A stretch of 41,880 nucleotides of DNA from Candidatus Micrarchaeota archaeon (GCA_040758235.1 JBFLVW010000077.1:1-41880), one strand, 5' to 3'; shown: positions 15,325-23,841, numbered from the stretch's first letter. A program made the numbers and translations. The notes: a model not told the origin generated them from the sequence alone.

Positions 15325-16209
15325 ATGGCTCTCGACACCGAAGGCCTGAAAAGTCCTGACGCATCTGCCAGGTTCCGCGCACTCGCATCAATCAGGGAGG
15401 CGGCTGATAGAGGGGAGGACATCGGTCCTGCCGAAGGGGCGCTGCTCGAGGCGCTCGCTGATAAAGACGGGGACAACAGGGCGAAGGCCGCACGCATCCT
15501 GACCGCGCTCTACGGGCGGAGGGGTGAGTGGAAGAAAATCGGGGCGTTGCTTGGGAGCATGAAGGGCGATGTGAAGGAGTCGGTCATTTTCGCGCTCGGG
15601 GAGTTCATCGGGAAATTCGACATGCAATCGGACATGCCGGGCCTCGCCCAAAAACTCGATGATAACGATTTCGATACGAGGGCTGCGGCCGCAGGCTTCT
15701 TCGCCAAGGCCGCGGCGGCGGGGCTCGACATCGGGTTTGCGCTGGATGGGCTGAGGAGGGCGGCAGTATATGGCGACGAGTTGGTGAAGGTGAGCGTTTC
15801 GGACGCGATAAAGGCGTACGAATTGAAGAAGGCTCCGGGAGGGAGGTGCGCGGACTGCCTCGACTGCGAAACGGGATGGGGGGCGATTGCCGGCTCCGGG
15901 AAGCTCGCCGACATGGCGATAATGATAAAGTCGATAGGCTGCTGCGGGGGCGACGTCACCCACAGGGTGTTCCGGTGCTCGGCATGCGGAAAGCACTACC
16001 TCTCCACGTTTTTCGACCACTCCGATTTCGACCGGGGACAGTTTTCCATATTATTGATAAGCCCGGAGGATGCCGGACGCATCGCGGCCGAGTTCAAAAA
16101 ATGCGGAAAACCCGAATGGCGCATGTGCAAATGCGGCGTGCACATGGAGTATCTGAAGGACGAGAAGGTGCCGGTCGAAGGGAAGCTGAAATATTCATCG
16201 GAAGGGTAG
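15325..16209 (+). CDS. HEAT-repeat protein with Cys-rich (putative Zn-binding) C-terminal domain
   Basis: PBS-lyase/HEAT-like repeats (ARFRALASIREAAD.., LLEALADKDGDNRAKAARIL, DDNDFDTRAAAAGF) followed by CxxCxxC, CC, CxxC, Cx7CxC. Start 15325 set by TATA spacing; the ORF-track ATG 15253 overlaps the psmA TATA box. Confidence 0.6.
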   Translation: MALDTEGLKSPDASARFRALASIREAADRGEDIGPAEGALLEALADKDGDNRAKAARILTALYGRRGEWKKIGALLGSMKGDVKESVIFALGEFIGKFDMQSDMPGLAQKLDDNDFDTRAAAAGFFAKAAAAGLDIGFALDGLRRAAVYGDELVKVSVSDAIKAYELKKAPGGRCADCLDCETGWGAIAGSGKLADMAIMIKSIGCCGGDVTHRVFRCSACGKHYLSTFFDHSDFDRGQFSILLISPEDAGRIAAEFKKCGKPEWRMCKCGVHMEYLKDEKVPVEGKLKYSSEG

Positions 16210-17100
16210 CTACATCGACCGCAGCCGCTTTATCCTCTCATCGATGGGGGGGTGCGTCGAGCCAAGGAACCCAATCTTGTTGGGGAAGGGGTCCGAGAAG
16301 AAAAGCGAGGCGGTGGTGTCGTTCGCGGCCTTCGTGGGTATGCCCGCGCTCTTTATCTTGCCGAGGGCGCTCGCAAGCCCCTCCGGATACCTCGTCAGCT
16401 TCGCGCCGTTCGCGTCGGCGAGGTATTCGCGCTGGCGCGAGAGGGCGAAACGGACTATCTGCGCGAAGACGGGCGCGAGGATGACGAAGATGAGGGCTAT
16501 GAGTATGAGCGCTCCGCCGCCTTTCCCCCTCCTCCCGCCTCCACCCATCCCAAAACGCATCGAGCGCCATGCGAACTCGCCAAGGAGCGCGATTGCCCCC
16601 GCAAAAACGACCGCCAGCATCGCGAAGCGGATGTCGAAATTCGCGATGTGGGATATTTCGTGCGCGACAACGCCCTCGAGCTCCTCGCGCTTGAGCATGT
16701 TGAGCAGGCCGGTCGTCACGGCGACGGACGCGTGCTTGGGGTCTCGTCCCGTCGCGAAGGCGTTGGGGCTGGGGTCGTCAATCACATACAGCTTCGGCAT
16801 GGGTATCTGGGAGGCGAGGGCGAGGCCCTCCACCACGTTGTAGAGGAAAGGGTACTGCTCCTTCTTGGCCTCCTTCGCCCCGCTCATCGCGAGGATGATG
16901 CCGTCCCCGGCAAAATACACGGTCAGCGTGTAGAAAAGGAGGGCGAAGAAGCCGAGTATCGGGCCGCAAAGCCCGATGTCGAACATGTAGGAAATAGCCC
17001 ACACGCTCCCCATGAAGATGAGGAACATGGCGGCAATCAGGATGAGCGAATTGCGCTTGTTCTGCTCTATTGCGTCGAAAAAGCTTATTCTTTCGGCCAT
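16210..17100 (-). CDS. htpX: Membrane zinc metalloprotease HtpX (M48)
   Basis: VVAHEISHI (HExxH), four TM segments, STHPPIDERI C-terminal block; GTGAGGT SD upstream. Confidence 0.9.
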   Translation of the reverse strand: MAERISFFDAIEQNKRNSLILIAAMFLIFMGSVWAISYMFDIGLCGPILGFFALLFYTLTVYFAGDGIILAMSGAKEAKKEQYPFLYNVVEGLALASQIPMPKLYVIDDPSPNAFATGRDPKHASVAVTTGLLNMLKREELEGVVAHEISHIANFDIRFAMLAVVFAGAIALLGEFAWRSMRFGMGGGGRRGKGGGALILIALIFVILAPVFAQIVRFALSRQREYLADANGAKLTRYPEGLASALGKIKSAGIPTKAANDTTASLFFSDPFPNKIGFLGSTHPPIDERIKRLRSM

Positions 17101-17143
17101 CCTGCTGTTACCTCACTAGGTTTGCCGTTTTGAAAAAGAAAAA

Positions 17144-17704
17144 TCAGAATTTGACCTTCGGCGCTTCCTTCTCTCCTGCCGGCGCCTCGAAGTACGGCTT
17201 CGCCTTGAACCCGAAAACGCCTGCAATCAGGCTGCTCGGGAACATCTGGAGGCCGTTCTGGTATTCGAGCACCGAGTCGTTGTAAGCCGTCCTTATGTAG
17301 GCTATCTTGTTCTCGGTCCCTGCAAGCTCCTCCTGAAGCATCTTGAAGTTCTGGCTCGCTTCGAGCTTCGGGTAGTTCTCCGCGACGGCGAAGAGCGACT
17401 TCAGCGCCTGGCTGAGCATGTTGTTCGCCTTCGCGCGCTCCTCCACGCTGCCCGTGACGAGCTGCGCCCTGTATTTCGTGATGCTTTCGAACGTCTCGCG
17501 CTCGTGCTTCATGTAGCCCTTGACGGTTTCGAGCAGGTTGGGTATCAGGTCGTACCTCCTCTTGAGCTGGACGTCGATCTGTGCCCATGCGTTGTCCACC
17601 CTGTTCCGGAGGGTGATGAGCCGGTTGTAGGTGAGGACCACCCAGCCGAGAATAAGTATCCCGACCCCGATTACGCAGACTAGAGCGAAGATTTCCAATG
17701 CCAT
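17144..17704 (-). CDS. lemA: LemA family protein
   Basis: N-terminal TM then TYNRLITLRNRVDNAWAQIDVQLKRRYDLIPNL; 186 aa; immediately upstream of htpX, a common pairing. Confidence 0.9.
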   Translation of the reverse strand: MALEIFALVCVIGVGILILGWVVLTYNRLITLRNRVDNAWAQIDVQLKRRYDLIPNLLETVKGYMKHERETFESITKYRAQLVTGSVEERAKANNMLSQALKSLFAVAENYPKLEASQNFKMLQEELAGTENKIAYIRTAYNDSVLEYQNGLQMFPSSLIAGVFGFKAKPYFEAPAGEKEAPKVKF

Positions 17705-17737
17705 CTATTTTTCACCGGCTAATATTGCTGAATCAGA

Positions 17738-17746
17738 ATTTATAAG
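17738..17746 (-). promoter_or_regulatory. TATA-like box for lemA-htpX
   Basis: CTTATAAAT on the minus strand, 38 nt from ATG 17704 (short leader); overlaps the palindrome ATAAGCTTAT (17742-17751). Confidence 0.4.
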
Positions 17747-17750
17747 CTTA

Positions 17751-18224
17751 TTATTTGGGGAACTCGAAGGAGTGGCCCTCGCGGACTATTATTTCGATTT
17801 CCTTTGCGCCGTGCGCCTTTACGGCGCTCCCGACTGCTTCTGCGAGCGCCTTGTGCAGGGCCGCATAGTCAGCCGGGCAGGCCGGGTTCAGCTTGAGGGC
17901 CATCGGCCCCCCTTCGCCGTCCTGGTACAGCGTCACGATTCCGGCATTCTCCGGCTCCCGCCTGCCTTCCTTGATGTATACTTCAAAAGAGTCCACTATG
18001 GAGAAGCGGACGTGCGGCTCTGTCTGGAGCCCCCGGACGCATGACAATCCCATGCGCGAAAGCTCCTCGAATACTGCCCGGGCAAGATGCCTGATTTGCC
18101 CCTTGTCCGGGATGTGCACCCATATCGGCTCTCCCATCGCCTTCTCGGCAAGAGGCTGGCGGTGGGGTTTTCTTTCCTGGGCGCCGTTCCCGGCCTGCTT
18201 GCAAGCCAATGAGCCTTCCGCCAT
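17751..18224 (-). CDS. Hypothetical protein, about 157 aa
   Basis: Protein-like composition; ATG 18224 is 26.5 nt from a TTTTAAAA box (the ORF-track GTG 18242 is only 8 nt from it). I recognise no family. Confidence 0.5.
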   Translation of the reverse strand: MAEGSLACKQAGNGAQERKPHRQPLAEKAMGEPIWVHIPDKGQIRHLARAVFEELSRMGLSCVRGLQTEPHVRFSIVDSFEVYIKEGRREPENAGIVTLYQDGEGGPMALKLNPACPADYAALHKALAEAVGSAVKAHGAKEIEIIVREGHSFEFPK

Positions 18225-18246
18225 AACATTAATTGAAAGCACACAG

Positions 18247-18254
18247 TTTTAAAA
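18247..18254 (-). promoter_or_regulatory. TATA-like box for the 157-aa gene
   Basis: TTTTAAAA abutting the DUF167 stop (18255); centre 26.5 nt from ATG 18224. Confidence 0.45.
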
Positions 18255-18509
18255 TCAGGACGAAGGAAGGGATTCGAGAAATGCGCTCCATTTCCCCTCT
18301 TCGATATCTATCGCCAGCTTCTTCCTTTTCGACGAGTGCCCTGAAAGGATGCGGACGGACGCGCCGACTGCGGCCGAAAGCTCTTTTATCAGCTCGATGT
18401 TCGCGCGGTTGTTTTCGGGCGGATTTTTCAGCGACGCCCTGAGTCGGCCCCCTTTCACGCTCAGCGAAAACCGCTTCGACCCGGGCGCCGCCAGGACCTC
18501 GACTATCAT
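18255..18509 (-). CDS. DUF167 (YggU-like) protein
   Basis: 84 aa; PGSKRFSLSV..., ENNRANIELIKELSAAVG..VRILSGHSSKRKKLAI matches the YggU/DUF167 pattern; ATGA overlap with the upstream gene. Confidence 0.7.
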   Translation of the reverse strand: MIVEVLAAPGSKRFSLSVKGGRLRASLKNPPENNRANIELIKELSAAVGASVRILSGHSSKRKKLAIDIEEGKWSAFLESLPSS

Positions 18510-19165
18510 TTTTCCGCCCTTATGATGGAAATGAGCTCCTCGCTCGTCATGAAGCCCGGATAAGCCCTTCCGTTTATCACGGTGGTAGGATAGCCGGTGA
18601 CGTTGAACTGCGTCTCGAAAGCCTCGGCGACGGGGCTGCCCAGCGTGCCGTCGAAGGAGAACAGCTTCACGTCCACGCTCCCGGAAAGGGCGTCCCGCGC
18701 CTTGAGTATCTCGCTACCCTGGTCCCTGCACCTTTGGCAGGCCTGGTTCGAGTAGAAATTGATGAGGAGGACGCTGTCGTCGCCGCAGAGCTCCTTCACT
18801 TTTTTTGAGAGGAGGTAGGATTCCGCCTCGAGGATGAAGTATTTCTTCTTGAGCTCGTTGTCGTAGATGCCCTTCTCGTCCTCGAGGAAGCTGAGCTTGT
18901 AGCCTACGCGCTCTACTTCCGCATCTATTCCGTCCAGCTCGGAAAGATAGACGGGGCAGAAGGAGGACGAGTTGCCTTCCGAGAGCATGAGGAGCTGGAC
19001 GGACGCCACCTTCTCCGATATGACGCCAACTTCCTCCGATATCCCGCTGAGGTTCCCCGTGTCTATGATGTACCCGATGTAGACGCCTATCACGAATATC
19101 ATGAGCGATATGACGAACGCCCCGACGTAGATGGGGATGCTTATCTTGCGCTCCATGCCTCTCAC
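18506..19165 (-). CDS. Membrane-anchored thioredoxin-fold protein with CxxC (CQRC) motif
   Basis: N-terminal basic stretch plus a single TM, then an extracytoplasmic domain with FYSNQACQRC, C-terminal GYPTTVING (cis-Pro-like loop) and 3 N-x-S/T sequons. GTGA overlap with the GT2 stop (alternative ATG 19156). Confidence 0.65.
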   Translation of the reverse strand: MRGMERKISIPIYVGAFVISLMIFVIGVYIGYIIDTGNLSGISEEVGVISEKVASVQLLMLSEGNSSSFCPVYLSELDGIDAEVERVGYKLSFLEDEKGIYDNELKKKYFILEAESYLLSKKVKELCGDDSVLLINFYSNQACQRCRDQGSEILKARDALSGSVDVKLFSFDGTLGSPVAEAFETQFNVTGYPTTVINGRAYPGFMTSEELISIIRAEK

Positions 19166-20346
19166 CAGGAGAACCCGTCCTTCCTGATCTCCTTCAGGAG
19201 GAAGAGGACGTTGTAGCCTATCATGAGGTACCAGTAGAATATCACGAAGGAGGCGAGGTAGCGGAGCTTCACTTTCTCCCCCTGAAAGCTCCTGACCGCG
19301 AGGAGCAGGAACAGCGTGGAGGCGAGCAGGACGAAGCCGCCTATGAAGGTGACGAGGCTGAAGCTCATCCCCAGCGCCTCGAACCAGATGTGATTGACGT
19401 AGTAGGGCGCCGTGAGGAACGAGTGGAGCATCAGGCCGAGCAGGGCGAAGAAGGCGACTATGGTCGCGAACTGCATGGGCACCGAATACATCCCGAAGTC
19501 GCCGTATTCCGGCTTGACCATGTGCCTGTATTTCCAGTAGTTGCGGAAGCCCCCGCGCTGCCAGCGCACGCGCTGCTTTATCAGGTCGCGCAGGTTGTCG
19601 GGCGGCTCTGTGAACACCTCGGCGCTCATGGAGCTCCGTATCTTGAGGTGGTGCGACTGGATGCGGAGGGCTATTTCCTGGTCCTCGACCAGGTTGTGCT
19701 CGTCGAAAAGGCCCACCTTGTCGAAAACCGAGCGGCGGAACATGCTGAAGGGGCCGGGGGTGACCGGCACGCTTTCGAGGAAGGAAAGCAGCTTCCGCGA
19801 GAAAAGTATCATCAGGTATTCGAGGCGCTGGAACTCCCTCACCCAGTTGTCGCTCTGCTTTATCTTGACGGCCGGGGAAACCGCCGCGACCTCCGGGTCG
19901 GCGAAATACGGTATCAGCTCCCTCAGCGTCCCGGGCGACACGAACGAGTCGGCGTCCATCGTCGCGACCAGCTCGCCCTCCGCCTTTTTCAGCCCGAAAT
20001 TGAGCGCGGAGCCCTTCCCCCCGTTCTTTTTGGTGAAGACGCGGACGCTCTTCGAGGCGAATCCTTTCGCGGCTTCGTAGGTCCCGTCGGTCGAGCCGTC
20101 ATCGACCACTATCAGCTCGAGCTTTTCCTTGGGATAGTCGAGGGAGAGGATGCTCTCTATGGACGCCGCTATCGTCTTCTCCTCGTTGTGCGCCGGCATC
20201 ACTATCGAGACGGAAGGCGTCCAGTCCGTTTTCTCCGGCGGCTTCAGGTAGTCTTTCCTGTGCTTCAGATAGACGAGGATGAAGACATTGACCGTGAAGA
20301 GCGAGAAAAAAGCTACAAGGTAGTTGAGGATTGTCGGCAGGTCCAT
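19162..20346 (-). CDS. Processive family-2 glycosyltransferase (PgaC/NodC/chitin-synthase-like membrane synthase)
   Basis: VVDDGSTDGT, MDADS (DxD), VEDQEI, QRVRWQRG (QxxRW); one N-terminal and several C-terminal TM helices. ATG 20346 preferred by TATA spacing (ORF-track ATG 20358). Confidence 0.85.
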   Translation of the reverse strand: MDLPTILNYLVAFFSLFTVNVFILVYLKHRKDYLKPPEKTDWTPSVSIVMPAHNEEKTIAASIESILSLDYPKEKLELIVVDDGSTDGTYEAAKGFASKSVRVFTKKNGGKGSALNFGLKKAEGELVATMDADSFVSPGTLRELIPYFADPEVAAVSPAVKIKQSDNWVREFQRLEYLMILFSRKLLSFLESVPVTPGPFSMFRRSVFDKVGLFDEHNLVEDQEIALRIQSHHLKIRSSMSAEVFTEPPDNLRDLIKQRVRWQRGGFRNYWKYRHMVKPEYGDFGMYSVPMQFATIVAFFALLGLMLHSFLTAPYYVNHIWFEALGMSFSLVTFIGGFVLLASTLFLLLAVRSFQGEKVKLRYLASFVIFYWYLMIGYNVLFLLKEIRKDGFSW

Positions 20347-20367
20347 AACAGGAAACATTCTCCGGAT

Positions 20368-20385
20368 GGCAATTTAAGGATTGCC
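20368..20385 (-). promoter_or_regulatory. TATA-like box embedded in a 6-bp inverted repeat upstream of the GT2 synthase
   Basis: GGCAAT-TTAAGG-ATTGCC; the A/T core (20371-20379) is centred 29 nt from ATG 20346, and the element begins 12 nt after the A24 peptidase stop. Confidence 0.45.
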
Positions 20386-20396
20386 TCCCGCAGCGC

Positions 20397-21245
20397 CTAA
20401 ATCAGCAGGAGGTATTTCGCGAAGAACAGCGAGAGGAGCACGCCCGCGAGCATGAAGGGCAGGAAGGGCGGGAGCTTGGTGTACACCCACACCTCCTTGA
20501 TTTTGCTCTTCTTGAGCCTCGATATCTCCTCCCGCGTCATGAGCCTGGGTATCTTGTAGCGCTCGACCATGTCGCGGTTCATCACCTCGAGGGCGAGGAC
20601 GTCCTCGGGTTCGAGCTGGGAGACTGGAAGCTCCTCGGCAAGGAGCATGTTGAGGGAGTCCCTGAACACCAGGAAGAATATCGACGCGAAGAAAGCTACC
20701 GTCACTATTGCGAAGAAGACGGGCGAGAAAAGGAACGAGTTGATGAAGAACCACGCGAATGCCAGGTAGGGTATCAGCATGAGCCCGTAGAGGAGGTTCG
20801 GCTTCGCCTCCACCTGCGTGAGCTTCCAGCCGAAGTATGCCATCACGAAGACTGCGAAGATGACGCCCGAGAACACGAACACCGAGAACCCGAAGGGCAG
20901 GTTGAAGGGCATCGCCGTGAACGATGGATGCACCGGGAGCAGCAGCATTACTGCGGCAAGGACGAACACGTCCGCCCCCCCGAACTGGCCGGCCCTGTAG
21001 AAGAGGTATCCGACCGCGGCCACGAACGCCGCCGCGGCCATCGAGAACCAGAACAGCGTTTCCTCATAGAAAACGGCGTTGACCACGAACGCTATCAGCA
21101 GGAACGCGTAGAGGAAAGCGTCCGGGACGTTCTTCTTGTTCGTGATATCGAAGTATGCCGCGACTGCCGTGCCGGCGACAGCGAGCACCACGCGGATGAG
21201 CTCCCCCGGCAGCGCCAGCGAGCCAAACAGGATATCTTCTAACAT
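20397..21245 (-). CDS. A24-family prepilin/preflagellin peptidase (PibD/FlaK-like)
   Basis: Polytopic membrane protein with the two catalytic Asp contexts AAYFDITNKK and FGGADVFVLAAV; cytoplasmic insert before the last TM helices as in FlaK; GAGGT SD 6 nt upstream. Confidence 0.75.
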   Translation of the reverse strand: MLEDILFGSLALPGELIRVVLAVAGTAVAAYFDITNKKNVPDAFLYAFLLIAFVVNAVFYEETLFWFSMAAAAFVAAVGYLFYRAGQFGGADVFVLAAVMLLLPVHPSFTAMPFNLPFGFSVFVFSGVIFAVFVMAYFGWKLTQVEAKPNLLYGLMLIPYLAFAWFFINSFLFSPVFFAIVTVAFFASIFFLVFRDSLNMLLAEELPVSQLEPEDVLALEVMNRDMVERYKIPRLMTREEISRLKKSKIKEVWVYTKLPPFLPFMLAGVLLSLFFAKYLLLI

Positions 21246-21285
21246 ATCAATACCTCAAATGAAACAATACAATGTCGCGAAGCCC

Positions 21286-21292
21286 TTTTAAA
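21286..21292 (-). promoter_or_regulatory. TATA-like box for A24 peptidase (leadered)
   Basis: TTTAAAA on the minus strand, 44 nt from ATG 21245; the predicted leader of about 17 nt carries GAGGT. Confidence 0.4.
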
Positions 21293-21301
21293 CAGCTATT
21301 T

Positions 21302-22939
21302 TCAGGCTTCAGTGCCGAGCAGGGCGGCCTTGAGGGCCAGATTGGAGAGGAGGGGGGGCGCTCCCGCCTTCCTCAATGCCCTCCCCAGCAGGTCCGCATC
21401 CTCCCTGCGCAGGCACCGCAAAGTGATGCACAGGACCCCGAAAAGCGCGAGTATGGCCAGGCACACGATGGCGAAGAAGGCGAGGTAGGCGAACTTGCCG
21501 GCATACTCGGCGAGGGCGTCCGCCCCGGCCGGCGCGGAAAGCAGGAGCGATGAGAGCGGGCCGTGGGCGGCGTAGGCCGCGGCAAGCGTGATTGCGCCGG
21601 CCGCACTGATGCGCCACACCCTTGCGGGAAAAGTGAAGCCGAAGGATTTTTTCGAGTAAAAGGCGAACAGGGCGGCCATCAGGGCCATGCTTGCGAGCGT
21701 CGCAGCCGCCGCGCCCTCCATACCGTATAGCGGCACGAGAGCTATTCCGAGGCCCACATTCAGCGCCGCCGACACGGCGTACACCGCTATTTCGAGGCGG
21801 ACGAGGCGCATGGCCGCGAGCGTAACGGACAGGATGTGCGAATAGGTCTTGATTGCGAATGCGAGGGCGAGGATTGTCATGGCAGCCCCGCCGGACCGGT
21901 AGCTTTCCCCATAAAGCGCGCCGAGGACATCCCCGGAAAAGACCATGAGCGCTATCGCCGCCGGGAGGGTCAGGAGAAGGGACCACCCCTGCGCGGCCGC
22001 GGTGAGCGAGCGCACGCCTTTCATGTCGCCTTTCCCGACAAGGCGCGATATGACGGGCAGGAAAATCAGCTCGATGGAGTAGGGGATGAGCGTGAGCATG
22101 ATTGCGAGCGAGGAGCCGATGGTGTATATGGCGACCAGCTCGCTCGCGCCTTCCGGAACGCTCAGGTAGCCGAGCACCAGCTTGTCCGCGGAGGCGAGTA
22201 TGGTCGCGAATGACGCGAGGACGCTCAGCATCACTCCGAAGGGGATGATTTCGCGGAGCACTTCGCCCGATGCCAGCGAAACCGGCTTTCCGAGGGCCCG
22301 GGCGTCCTTCATCACGAGGGGCGTCCAGACGATGAGGGCGAGCAGGTGGGAGAGGGTGAATGCGGCGGAAATCGCGAGCAGGCCGGGGACCGAAAGCCAG
22401 AGGAGCAGGGCCGTCAGCCCCAGCTTGAGGGCGTTCTGGGCCCCCATCATCGTCTGCATGCCGCGCATGTCCGCGCTCCCCTGCAGGAAGAACGCGTGTA
22501 CCCTGAACAGGCTTCCGACGATTATGAATGGGACGATGAGCCGGAGGGCGGGGGCGAGGCCGGGGTTCTGGTATGCCGCCGCGATTCCGTCCGCGCCCGC
22601 GAAAAGCGCGGCCATGAACAGGACGCTCGATGCGCAGACGATGAGATATGACGCGCGCAGGAGGGCGGCCGCCTTGCCCCGCTCCCCTTTCGCATCGTAG
22701 AAGGGGATGTAGCGCTGGAGCGAGCTCGGGAGGCCGAGCTCGCTCGCGACCATCAGTATGCCCACCATGCTGTAGGAAAGGTAGAAGAGGCCGATGTCTT
22801 CCTGCGTGGCGGCCCGGGCGAGCAGTATAAGATAGACAAAAGACAGGAGCTTGGACCCGAAATTACCGGCAAACCCCCAGAGCGAGCCCTTCGCCACCTT
22901 GCCGGAGAAATCGACGGGCTCCTCTTCGTCCATTTTCAC
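21302..22939 (-). CDS. Polysaccharide/oligosaccharide flippase (Wzx-like, MOP superfamily)
   Basis: 545 aa, about 14 hydrophobic helices, N-terminal KGSLWGFAGNFGSKLLSFVYLILLAR typical of Polysacc_synt proteins; GTG 22939 overlaps the upstream stop (GTGA), alternative ATG 22933. Confidence 0.8.
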   Translation of the reverse strand: MKMDEEEPVDFSGKVAKGSLWGFAGNFGSKLLSFVYLILLARAATQEDIGLFYLSYSMVGILMVASELGLPSSLQRYIPFYDAKGERGKAAALLRASYLIVCASSVLFMAALFAGADGIAAAYQNPGLAPALRLIVPFIIVGSLFRVHAFFLQGSADMRGMQTMMGAQNALKLGLTALLLWLSVPGLLAISAAFTLSHLLALIVWTPLVMKDARALGKPVSLASGEVLREIIPFGVMLSVLASFATILASADKLVLGYLSVPEGASELVAIYTIGSSLAIMLTLIPYSIELIFLPVISRLVGKGDMKGVRSLTAAAQGWSLLLTLPAAIALMVFSGDVLGALYGESYRSGGAAMTILALAFAIKTYSHILSVTLAAMRLVRLEIAVYAVSAALNVGLGIALVPLYGMEGAAAATLASMALMAALFAFYSKKSFGFTFPARVWRISAAGAITLAAAYAAHGPLSSLLLSAPAGADALAEYAGKFAYLAFFAIVCLAILALFGVLCITLRCLRREDADLLGRALRKAGAPPLLSNLALKAALLGTEA

Positions 22940-23841
22940 ACCGGATAGTGGCTGATGAGCCGGGAGATGCCCTCCGGCAGGGCCGTTTTCGCGCGGAAGC
23001 CGAGCAGGGCTTCCGCTTTGGACGTGTCGGCTTTGGTATGCGCGACGTAATTCCTGATTGTGTTCGGCGCGTATTCGGGCATGATGTCGGTCCCGAGGCG
23101 CTCGTTGAGCATGGCCACCACTTCGTTCAGCGTGGCGTTCGTGCCGGTTCCCACGTTGAAGATGCCGTGCTTCCCGTGCCGTAGGGCGAGCAGGTTCGCT
23201 TCCACCACGTCGTCCACGTAGACGAAGTCGCGCGTCTGCGAGCCGTCGCCGAGGATGACCGGCCGCCTCCCGGCCCGGATGTCCCAGAGGAACTGCGTCA
23301 CGAGGTTCGCATACTTACCCTTAAACTTCTCATGCGGCCCGTAGACGCTGAAATACCGCAGGCCGACGCTCTTGACCGAATAGAGGTCGCTGTAGAGGCG
23401 GGCGATGCGCTCGATGGCGTAGCGCCCCTCGGTGTAGAAGTCGGTCACCCTTATCTCCATGTCCTCGCGGTGCGGGGGGGCGTTTCCGTTGTAGAGCGAG
23501 CTCGAGGAGGCGAAAACGAGCATGCAGTCGTTTTTCCGGGCATACTCCAGAATGGAAATCCACTCCCCGAGAACCGCCGAAGTGAGCATGGGGTCCTGCT
23601 TGTACATGGGCGAGGAGGAGTACATGCCCTGGTGGAGGATGGCGTCGAATTTCTCCCCCATGGAAGCGACGTCGCCGGCGTTCTTCCTGACGACGCGCAC
23701 TTTCCCCTTCACCGCTTCTATGTTGCTTTCGTTCCCGGTGTGCATGTTGTCGAGCGCGGTGACATCGTGCCCCTCGCGCACGAGCCTCTCCGTTATGTTC
23801 GAGCCGATGAATCCGAGGGCCCCGGTGACCAGGATTTTCAT
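22936..23841 (-). CDS. Extended SDR, NAD-dependent sugar epimerase-like (atypical YxxxR)
   Basis: MKILVTGALGFIGSN Rossmann start, ASSSSLYG, YTEGR in place of YxxxK; GGAGGT SD 6 nt upstream of ATG 23841. The ORF-track extension to 24009 is spurious. Confidence 0.8.
   Translation of the reverse strand: MKILVTGALGFIGSNITERLVREGHDVTALDNMHTGNESNIEAVKGKVRVVRKNAGDVASMGEKFDAILHQGMYSSSPMYKQDPMLTSAVLGEWISILEYARKNDCMLVFASSSSLYNGNAPPHREDMEIRVTDFYTEGRYAIERIARLYSDLYSVKSVGLRYFSVYGPHEKFKGKYANLVTQFLWDIRAGRRPVILGDGSQTRDFVYVDDVVEANLLALRHGKHGIFNVGTGTNATLNEVVAMLNERLGTDIMPEYAPNTIRNYVAHTKADTSKAEALLGFRAKTALPEGISRLISHYPV

Noticed and set aside
17739-17749. Identical TTTATAAGCTT at the lemA promoter (17739-17749) and the PAP2 promoter (37617-37627)
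   Set aside because: It is a TATA box followed by a short palindrome. The two sites drive genes on opposite strands, so the motif is read in mirror orientation. Nothing beyond chance or TATA similarity supports a shared operator.
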